A DNA stretch of 64,000 nt, from assembly GCF_964355755.1 (NCBI RefSeq), contig NC_092675.1, forward strand, positions 3,963,812 through 4,027,811, given 5' to 3'. Positions 53,650 to 64,000 of the stretch are shown here, piece after piece. The notes under the pieces were generated by a model. It was not told the origin of the DNA and did no database searches. It saw nothing but the letters and a program-made list of their open reading frames with translations. Position numbers and translations under genes: made by a program. Every line of letters begins with the position of its first letter. Within the stretch, counting starts at the first letter, position 1. The DNA is from Antedon mediterranea (Eukaryota; Animalia; Echinodermata).

Positions 53650-54170
53650 TTCGTAGAACGAGCAGATGTGGTTTTCTACAAACATGGTGCTTACCAACAG
53701 AACGATCCACCTACAAACAAGAATGATGTTTCTTAATGGTCTAGTTAGGAGTTGACTCACCTATGGTTGCCATGCTTGGAGGGCAACAGGAAGTGAAATG
53801 TCCAAACTTAGCACAACATACAAAACCTTCCTAAGAAGAATGCTAGTGAATGGCTTTCAAAGGGTCTGCCCACCAAACCATGTAGACATATCCTCAGATG
53901 AAGAAGCAGATGAAAACTATATAGACTGGCGTTACGTAATTTATAATGACGATCTCTAAAAAATTACTGGCTGTCAACCGCTAGAAAAATATGTCTACAA
54001 GCAACAATTCAACTGGATCGGACATGTAAATAGAAAAGAAAATGAAGATCCTACAAAAATTCTTACTTTTCACACAACACAAAATAAACGAAGAGGTCGG
54101 AAGATACCATCAGTCAACTTACTAGATGCAACTTCATTGGAGCCTGCTTCAACAGAAATTTATAATTCCC
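53650..54170 (+). mobile_element. RTE-clade LINE fragment (post-RT C-terminal region, pseudogenised)
   Basis: From 53687: VLTNRTIHLQTRMMFLNGLVRS*LTYGCHAW...FLRRML...DWRYVIYNDDL*KITG...QFNWIGHVNR...KRRGRK, i.e. RTE motifs LxYGCxxW, WxGHVxR and RRGR with two in-frame stops. Confidence 0.88.
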
Positions 54171-55257
54171 AGCAATGTTTTAACTGTATATATGAACTGT
54201 TTTATAAGTTGTTTTGTGACTGCAATTTGGTAGTAGTCACTCTCGTACTGTACATTTAAAAGTAACACATCCAAATGCCAACTTTAAGTCAATTGCTACC
54301 AGATGTCTCTGTGAGACGGTTATTTGAACCAGTACCAGTACCAGTACCATGACCTAGGTTTATTAAGGAGCAGGCGTAAGGCATTGTTGAAGCACACCTT
54401 TAGTGCTTCCATAGATTTTACATTAAAATTTGCGCACAGAGAAGCACAGTATAAGTTATTACAATATGTTTTACACAAAAAACACTTTATGTTGTTATGA
54501 CGTGAAAATGGGCTTCTTTTATTATCTTAAATGAAAGACAACTGAAATTATAGTAACATGGATTACCAGAGGACATAGAACATACAAACATTCTGACCTA
54601 CTGTATGTCTTGAATAGATGAAGCAATGCCTAATAATGGAAAACATAATGAAGATCATAGGTGTACGTACACTTGCATTTTTGTGCAATGCAGAAAATAG
54701 CCACCAATTGCAAAATTACTAAGAATTTCCAAAGTATGTTCCAAAAAATCCACAATTTTTTCACAGCATTTTCCTAATGGGACAATAAGAGGGAGATCCT
54801 TGTTGATAATGAAAAGTGCATGGTGGTCATGTTATTATTATATATCAAGTTCAATGACAACAAACTATGTGAAAGACTAAAACTGCAGATTAGTTAATAA
54901 CATATAAACACCTGACTATATTCTATGCCAGCATCCTGTGGGATGGCAGGCAGGTGATATTTCATCTATATATAGGTTTATGACATGCCAATCTTAAGGA
55001 ATTAAAGTAGATAATGTCATTAGGAAAACAATAAAACATAATTGAAGGCCATGTGCGTTATTGTTGTCTTTGTTATAGTTAATAGACAACATTTTTTATA
55101 TTGGACTTTTTTGCATGGATCTTAAGAAATGTTAGCGATGTCTGTATGATGTAATAGTTCTTCAAATATAGCAATGTTTATAATAAATATGTAAAAACGA
55201 TATGAATCATAGATTATAAATAAAAAGTATAGCAAACTGGTCTTACCTACTTGTTGA

Positions 55258-56003
55258 AGTTATTGGTCTTTCAACTGATTTGTTTTTTCCAACTGGTTGA
55301 ATTGGTATTTCCTAATGGTTGAATTGGTCTTTCAACTGGTTGAATTGGTCTTTTCAACTGGTTGAATTGGTCTTTTTAATTGGTTGAATTGGTCTTTCCA
55401 AATGGTTGAATTGGTCTTTCAACTGGTTGAATTGGTCTTTTCAACTGGTTGAAATGGTCTTTTAACTGGTTGAATTGGTCTTTCCAAATGGTTGAATTGG
55501 TCTTTCCAAATGATTGAATTGGTCTTTCCTAATAGTTGAATTGGTCTTTTCAACTGGTTGAACTATTCTTTCAACTGGTTGAATTAGTCTTTCAACTGGC
55601 TGAATTGGTCTTTTCAACTGGTTGAATTGGTCTTTTAACTGGTTGAATTGGTGTTTCCAAATGGTTGAATTGGTCTTTCCAAATGATTGAATTGGTCTTT
55701 CCTAATAGTTGAATTGATCTTTTCAACTGGTTGAACTATTCTTTCAACTGGTTGAATTAGTCTTTCAACTGGTTGAATTGGTCTTTCCTAATAGTTGAAT
55801 TGGTCTTTTCAACTGGTTGAACTATTCTTTTAACTGGTTGAATTAGTCTTTCAACTGGTTGAATTGGTCTTTCCAAATTGACCTTTCCAAATGGTTAAAT
55901 TGATCTTTCAACTGGAACTGGAATTGGTGTTTCGACTGAGGAAATTGGTCTTTTAACTGGTTGAATTGGGTTGCCAAATGGTTGAATTGGTCTTTCAACT
56001 GGA
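55258..56003. repeat. 21-22 bp minisatellite (CAACTGGTTGAATTGGTCTTT), ~35 units
   Basis: Directly visible; mixed unit lengths break any reading frame; blocks of variant units are duplicated. Confidence 0.97.
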
Positions 56004-58479
56004 TGAAATTCAGTTCCAAACTTGTTCAGGATTTATAGTGTACATACATCCTTGATCAACTACTTATTTTAATATAAATTTCAATTAGAGTTTAATGAAG
56101 CATCATTTTAGCACATTTGTTTGCGAATTCAAACAATTTATCATACATTGACAACTCAGCTTTTTGTTGTTGCTACAATGACCATAACCGCAAGACCTTT
56201 CTGACCTGTAGGATTAAACAAAAACTTATTGATGATTGATAAATAACATCCATGACTTGTAAATCTTGTGTCATTTGTCAAATAACAACAAATAGAGAGT
56301 GTTTGTCATTTGAATGATTACTACTTTTAGATGAATTGATAATATAGTAATTGTTTTTATGTCTCTGTATTATCTCTTTAATAAGTACTATCAATCAATC
56401 TATATGCTCCATATTGATTAAATAGCATACACCAACACTTTCTAAAGGAAGTATTCTGATATGAAGGCGCTATAATACAAAGAGGGTTTAGTAGGGGAAT
56501 AGCAATGATCTCCACTTCAGTACTAAGAGTGGTAGATGATAAAACACAGACAAAAACACATTTCCTGCAAGCACCCCAATACAGAAAAAATACATAAACA
56601 CATGAAACCAACTTCCTTCCCAGCAAAGACTTGGAGAAAATGAAAGAAAACAATGAGAAGCTACAGAAGCTGTTGTCAATATCAACACTTGAAAGGTGGG
56701 TGGGAAATTAGTGAACATTTTCAAACCTGAACACACATGAGATGATAGGGTTGGTATATAGCAAGAGGTGAATGTATGGAACACCAGCTGTGCAAAAAAC
56801 AATTGATGGTTTCTTTTCAAGATGGCTTCTTTTAATTGTTTAGTTTTCATACAGTGATTCATAGTGTTCAATCCATTATTAAGAGAATATATTTTAATTT
56901 ATATACCTTTATATATATATATATATATATAAGTGCAATAAATAAGAATTTAAGTTATTAAAAAAAACGTGTTAATACTAACAAACCAATACAATTTGTA
57001 TGTCAGCACTAGAGATTAATATGATTCTGAAATTTGACGTTGGTTCTGCTGATGAAAAATAATTTTCATTAATAGGAATCATAAAAAAATAAATATGTCA
57101 AATATAAATGATTACTTTGGCTAAGACAAAAAGGTTATCATTAGGCTCACAGGCGCCCTCTTGCAGAAGAAACACAAGCCGCCAACCAGACGACCTACAG
57201 TTACAAGCATAGGAATTCACCACTGGACGCCACTAGACTCGACAGACAGATCTTAAATTAAACACCTTGAAAGATAAATGGTCAACAAGTTATATTTGAG
57301 TTGAAAGAGATATGTTGGCAATATAGTATTTGAAATATCGCCCTCTGTAGTTAGTTTACTTTCTTCAGAACAATACATGTAGTTTGTTAAAACAGTAATT
57401 CTATTTCCAAATATTGGAATCAGAAAGAAATTGAACTTGGTATAGACAAGCAACAGAACCCAATCACTTGCAATATGAAAAACACTTTTGGATTTATATC
57501 CATCAATTGTTTGTATAAAATGGCTTTCTGTTTATACTAAAATTAATTAATTAAAGAAATAAAAACCTTTAAAATGACATGTTATTACACAAGTTCAAAG
57601 TTTTACTGTAAACAATGTGTATGAAATCTCTTTTTCTTTCCCATAATCTTGTACAAGCAGGTTGGAATCCTGAACCTCAATTATTGATTGCATATTTAAG
57701 GCATGGTTAGATCAGGGAGTTTACAACTCCCTGGTTAGATTATAAAAATGTTTGTCAAGTATAACAAATTGTATATCTTTTAAGACACAGGTGTCTACCT
57801 GTATAAACCTATTAATGTAATCAAATATATTAATTTTGAATTACTAGAGTTAAAGGTTGACATCATACTTTATGTAGAGTCATCGTGTATAGCAATTTTA
57901 TTAAGTGGTTTTGTTTCATGTTGTCGCATCAATTTTTATCCAATTTCCTCTACTGTCATACGATTCAAAGTTTGTTTGTCCCTCAGCGATTGTCGTCTTA
58001 ATCACCTGCCGAAAGGTATAAGATGATTACGGAAATGATAATCACCCTAACAAAAAATAAAAGAAAATAAGATGACCATCAAAAGAAATTGAAACGAAAG
58101 TAATGATCGATGTAAAAGATAGATAAAGAAAATAATCCATTAAAACGAAATGAAAGAAACAAAGAACAATCTCTGTCATTAATTCTTTTATTTTATGACA
58201 GTTTAATGGAGTTATAAAAATATGAATAAACGGTTTAGAGGGTGTTAAGAGAAGTATACCCAGTGGCAAGTGTCAGCCAAGCTCACAACCCTGACATAAG
58301 CTTTAAGCTTGTTACTATTCTAACCTACTTTCTTGCTTTCTGTGAACTAAATTTTAAAATAATAAACTAATTATTCTCATTACCATTATAATAAAATAAC
58401 AAACATTGATATTGGTATATCTTTGTATTCTGCAAGAGAAGTGAGAAATGTCATTCTAATATTTTTGGACAAAAAACAC

Positions 58480-58850
58480 TTAACGCCATACCGCCGAATA
58501 GTCTTCTGACTTTTTCGCCTCGGCTACTCTGTTTCTGCTGGAAAGTTTCTCCAAAGTTTTCTGTCAGTTGCCATGTTCTTTATTTTTTGTAGGTTCGTTG
58601 CAGTTTTGAATTTTGTTGGTAGTGTGGTAGTTGGATCTGATAATATTAGTGCTTTCAAGTCCCTTTTCAAAGTTATTGGTAAATTGCACACTCAATAAGT
58701 AGACTGTTGTATTTGTAGGCATTTGATTATTTTGTCTTAATATACTGTATGTCCTCCATCTAGCTTGTAACACATCTAATGATATCGGTTTCACATTGTA
58801 TATTTTGCTTTGAAATGGGAGCTTCAAAGTGCTGGAGAACACAGCGGTGT
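58480..58850 (-). mobile_element. Decayed RTE-like LINE C-terminal fragment
   Basis: Minus frames give KPISLDVLQARWR..ILRQNNQMP and, after a frameshift, NLQKIKNMATDRKLWR (AxDRxxWR terminal motif). Confidence 0.7.
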
Positions 58851-59576
58851 AAATAGTTCCTCTGTTTGGCTGTTTCTTTTATGTAGATTTCTGCTTGCTT
58901 ACAAAGTCTGCTGTATCTCTGTATAATGATATACAATGGCTATAAACACCCATAGCATTGCTCCTACTTGGTACTTTACCTTTGGATTTAATTATATTAT
59001 AAAATGTGGAATATGGTACTGTATATAATGAAAAGGATTGTGATGTGTGATGAGATAGAGAACGTTATCTGACATAAGGATAGACAACCTCTATTTACGG
59101 GCACTGCAATGTTTAAACCTTTACAGCTCTTGTATACAACAATCCAATTGATTTGTTTATGTTCAACATTTATTAGGAATGTTTCTAGTAAGGAACATTC
59201 ACAATATTAGTGAAAGATAAACAACTCAATCAAAAATCATTAATTTACAATGAAAACTGACAGAAACAGAAACAATTCTGAACAAAGGTTGCTGTACTTA
59301 AAAGACTTGACCTTCTATCATTGATATCATTCGTAGATTTTGTTTTTAATTTGGCATTTATTATGAAGCTTTCAATTCGCGATGACCGGAGCAAAGCATT
59401 GATGTGGACCTAAAAACCAAGTGTCAAGCAAAAAGCATGGCCCAACTTACATGAATGCGCACAATGAATTAATCCAATCTACCTTGTTACTATGTCATCG
59501 GTTGTACAGAGACATTCCATAAACAACAACGACACTAAATTATAACATTGTAATGTTATACTTGACATCTAGTATC

Positions 59577-59668
59577 TGCCTCAGACCTCTGGTCAAGGTG
59601 GGCACTGGACGAGAGAAGCCCTTGATCAATGTTAGGACCAATCAAGGTGCTTTAAACAGTCCTGGCTT
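59577..59668. repeat. Short dispersed repeat, copy 2
   Basis: Same-orientation homologue of 20552-20644. Confidence 0.85.
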
Positions 59669-62015
59669 TGTTTGTATCAAACCTGTTAGTGGCGGTAATT
59701 ATCGCTGTTGGTTTTGATTGAATAAAATAAAAAATAAAAATAAAAAAAAACATTTTTCAGCCAGAGAAAATGTGAAATAGTTGAGGTATCTATATATGTA
59801 TTTAAACAGATTTTGAATTATATTTTGTGTGGACCAGAAACTATTACACTGTTAAGAAGTTAAACTTAAAGCCTTGGCTTAATGCGTCCTCCCCACACAA
59901 TTATATTTATTAATTTATGTTCTGTATTGTGTAAATTGTATTGTGTGTGAAACAATAAACTTAAAGTCAGTAGCCCTAATCTTTAAGAACTGCCATAAAA
60001 CTTAAACATTATTGTTTATAATAGATAGTTACAAGGCTGGCTAAATATTAAAATGTAGTTATATGATAGACTTACTTATATAAACACCCACTCACAAAAC
60101 AACCTGTTTCATGTGTTTAATGTTGTTGAGAAATGAGAATAATATTAGACGGGTTTTCTAAGTTATAAATCAGGATTTGCAGAGATTACAAACAGTAAAA
60201 TACTATGTTTTATGAATACCCATCAACACTTTGACTAGTTTCATATTTCTATGAATTAAGCCACTCCTTCTGGACTGACCGTTCACAAGATTACTTTTTT
60301 TGTGGCTTTTTCACTTCATCAATTTACCGATTGATGTAAATAAAAACTTAAAAGTACAATAGTAGTATAGTAGTAGTAGTAGTAGTAGTATTAGTAGGAG
60401 TATATGTTCATAAAAAGTCTGAAATAATTTAGATAAACTTAGGCCTACTTGCGTTCAGGTTTACTAAAAATTTCTTGGGTAATAAATCGTGTAATTGTAT
60501 CCACTGTCAATCATTTGACCAATCAATGACCAACTGCAAAAATACAATTTTTACGGTATTCACCTAATCAATAAACAATTAAAAAATACTTTTAATAACT
60601 CGACTCGACAATCAATAAGTCTCGTCAAATTTATCTATAATTGGAAACAAATCTAAGAAATTTCCAGTAATAATGAAATGGTTGCAAGCACTGAAGTAAT
60701 CAAGACAGAAATGGAACAAACGTATTAAGATCTAGATTAAAAGCATGGCAATGTACATTTAGGTCTATCTGTTTTACTTTTTACTTTCATGTTTTTTGAC
60801 AAATAATTTACTCACTTCTCTCCAATTACAAGATTTTTAATTGATTTTTTTCGTATACTTCAGTGGCATATCCAGGGATATTTAGCATGCTAAAGCATTT
60901 ATCAGTTTCAGTTTCAGTTTTTATTTTCCAATATAAACAAGTGTAATGAATATATGCAAAAATGGAAGGATGACCAAAAAAGAGCAAAGCTTGTACAGTA
61001 TTTGGCCACCTTAACAAAATAATTAATACATGATACAAACATAATTGAAGCACAGGACGAGACAATACTAGCTAAACATGTTGGCATATGTTTTATATGG
61101 ATTATTATTTTGACTAGGATGACTTTCATTTTCATCTGACCACGCAGATGTTAGTCCACAAACATATGAGCATGCTGTTCGAGTGGGCCCATCATAAAAC
61201 TCCCATATTGTTTTTATTTGTATTAATTTTATTTATTTTGACACTAAAAAATATATATAAAAAAGAGTATAATTTCTGAGTGTCATATTTCATAATATCA
61301 ACAACAATGATGAGTGCAATTTTACCATTGGTGAGTATCCATCCATTTTGAACTGTATTTTGATTTTTAATTTTATGTAGTTAAGTTCTTTTGGGGCTGC
61401 AGACATTTCATGTTATGGTGACTCTGTTGCTTTGGGGGTCCCAGGACATGATGTCGAATAAATAAATGAATGAATCCTTTTTACAAAGGATGCCATAGAT
61501 TGTATATACCGGTACAGATTGTATATACCGGTAAACTGTCTCTTCATATCATCATAGAACTGCACACGTATCTGTCTGAAATCATGCTGAAACATTAGAC
61601 AAACTTTTAATCCTAATTGCAAATCAATCTTGTGATGGGTATATAAATCAATCTATCAATACCTGATCGATTTCAACTGATTTATTTATTCAATCTTTAG
61701 ATGAACCTATAAATCAATCAAGAATTGATTAACATCTGATGGCTTTGTTAATTGATGGACAGATACTCAATAGAAAAGCAAAGTAGTAATTAACAGATCA
61801 ATTCATCTTTGTCTTTAGAATCAATGATCTATCATTTACAAGCTACTCTTTCATTATCTTAAGTAAAAAAAATACAGCAGTTTTGTTTATATCCAACAGT
61901 ATATATTAAATATGTCAAATGGGGTTCTGCAGGTAAAGTGGAAAGAGGAACTCAAATCAAATAGCTCTTTATTCAGTCCAAGACAGAATGCACATTGCCG
62001 TCTCCTTTTGTTTAA

Positions 62016-62177
62016 TGCCTTGTCTACCCTATCAAACTTTATGTGACAAAAAAATGTGATGTGCCCATATATGGACATAATGATGTCATATCACTACCAT
62101 ATTTGTGCATATCACTACCATATTTAGACACATCACACTGTTGTTGTCAAACTAGTTTGATAGTGGAAGACAGAGCT
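62016..62177. mobile_element. PIF/Harbinger-like MITE, copy 2 (inverted relative to 15972-16123)
   Basis: TGTCTACCCTATCAAACT / AGTTTGATAGTGGAAGACAGAGCT ends, TAA flanks, and internal ATCACTACCATATTT repeats. Confidence 0.85.
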
Positions 62178-62524
62178 TAAAATCCCAATGAGAAAGCACT
62201 AATTTAAAGATGAAAAACATACATATACAATATAAGTATGTTAATTACAGAGACATAACATCCCTTACATCTCCTTTTCTGATTGATGAAAGCTACTAAA
62301 CTAATTAAACAATTTATGAAGTATTAATTACCAAGTGATATGTGATATACATCGATTTATAACTCAACATGTACTGTAACAATATTCCTAAAGAAGACTT
62401 CTGTCACAATAATGAGATATTATAAAGTAATTCTTTATTGTTGCCTCATTAAAAAAGAAAACTATCAAAATGAATAAGACTAAAAGTTAAAGAAATGATA
62501 AGATTGAGACTGAACATTGAGAGG

Positions 62525-62888
62525 GACTTCAAGTTAATGGAGCTTAAGAAAAGAAACCAGTGGGATCCCATCCAATCCAATCCTTTGAATTTGAACATGG
62601 TTAGAGAATCCATTTTAAAGGGAGTTGACTTCAAGTTAATGGAGCTTAAGAAAAGAAACCAGTGGGATCCCATCCAATCCAATCCTTTGAATTTGAACAT
62701 GGTTAGAGAATCCGTTTTAAAGGGAGTTGACTTCAAGTTAATTGAGCTTAAGAAAAGAAACCAGTGGGATCCCATCCAATCCAATCCTTTGAATTTGAAC
62801 ATGGTTAGAGAATCCGTTTTAAAGGGAGTTGACTTCAAGTTAATGGAGCTTAAGAAAAGAAACCATTGGGATCCCATCCAATCCAATC
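62525..62888. repeat. 102-bp tandem repeat, ~3.6 near-identical copies
   Basis: Units start at 62525, 62627, 62729 and 62831; only three substitutions seen between copies. Confidence 0.97.
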
Positions 62889-63266
62889 GAGTCCTTTAAA
62901 TCTGGACAGGGTCAGAGGATCCGTGTTGAGATGAAACACATGGTAAAACATGATGCAAGATATAAATGGGCAACACAATAAAATCAAATAAAGAATGAAT
63001 GTAAATATTTTGTAAATAATATGTTGTTGAATTTGAACAATAATATTTTCTTAAATTAAGTTTACAGTAGCTATGTTAATTAAAGCTGAAGACTTTTTTT
63101 TTTGGAGAGATAACTAACTACAGCAAATAAGAACAGAACTTCTACTAGACAAGATATATATATAACAATCTGATATAACATGTGCATATTGTAAATAGAC
63201 ATTTAAATAGAACACCGGGATAATTATGCATTGTTATCGGATAAACTATCATTATCTTTTAATATG

Positions 63267-63690
63267 CACTATAATTCGAATAAGTTAATTTTTAAATAAT
63301 TACAGCCTATTTATTGCCTCCAAATATAGAATAATAGGAGAGGAATTCATTCATAAAGTGTGTTTATATGTTGAGCTTCATTAATTGGGAACTAAATAAT
63401 CTGTTGCATGCAGTAATAAGGCTAAATAACCAGAGAATTTAATCAATATTATAAAGCATATGTATATTTTTATTGCCACTATAATTCGAATAAGTTAATT
63501 TTTAAATAATTACAGCCTATTTATTGCCTCCAAATATAGAATAATAGGAGAGGAATTCATTCATAAAGTGTGTTTATATGTTGAGCTTCATTAATTGGGA
63601 ACTAAATAATCTGTTGCATGCAGTAATAAGGCTAAAATAACCAGAGAATTTAATCAATATTATATAGCATATGTATATTTTTTATTGCCA
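63267..63690. repeat. ~210-bp recent tandem duplication
   Basis: 63267-63476 is repeated from 63477 with few differences. Confidence 0.95.
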
Positions 63691-64000
63691 ATAATAAATA
63701 CTGCAAGCAAATTAAAAATTAAATACTCAAAAGGCAATGTGGATATTTTATTTATTCTGTACTAATTTGTTTAAAAAAGTGATTTTACATTACAGTTTGT
63801 AAAAATGCTGCAACTAGCTAGACCACCATGTTGATAGTATGGCTAAAAATGTATTCTTAAATATATATCAGTATAAATAATATTCAGTTGTTAGCCTACG
63901 ATTATTCAAAAACATTGATAGGATAAAAAGGTTATCATGTTGAAATACATGTGAATCATGAAAGGATACATACAAATCTAAAATTAATACTATATCAAAA

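Noticed and set aside
56378-56871. 127-aa and 91-aa ORFs with slightly higher GC
   Set aside because: No recognisable domain in any frame; possibly a decayed TE but unsupported.

Overview
AT-rich (about 30% GC by eye) eukaryotic DNA, most likely intergenic or deep intronic sequence from an invertebrate animal. The repeat repertoire would suit an echinoderm or similar marine invertebrate, but the taxon is inference only. I see no intact protein-coding gene, rRNA or tRNA gene, or CRISPR array; the longer ORFs are tandem-repeat artefacts or LINE remnants. The window is a mosaic of minisatellites, several with higher-order structure, and non-autonomous DNA elements: Kolobok-like and piggyBac-like TTAA elements, PIF/Harbinger-like TAA MITEs, and Helentron/DINE-1-like elements. 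It also holds SINEs and decayed non-LTR retrotransposon fragments. The best leads are (i) a 5S-rRNA-derived sequence abutting a Meta-type SINE core, a possible chimeric SINE; (ii) a two-copy asymmetric-terminus element family, one copy carrying a CTCF-consensus site; (iii) a 24-bp minisatellite with regular alternating higher-order modules, whose last monomer is split by a piggyBac-like insertion; and (iv) repeats dense in transcription-factor motifs. I found no convincing new multi-gene system. All family assignments come from recalled consensus features, not database searches.
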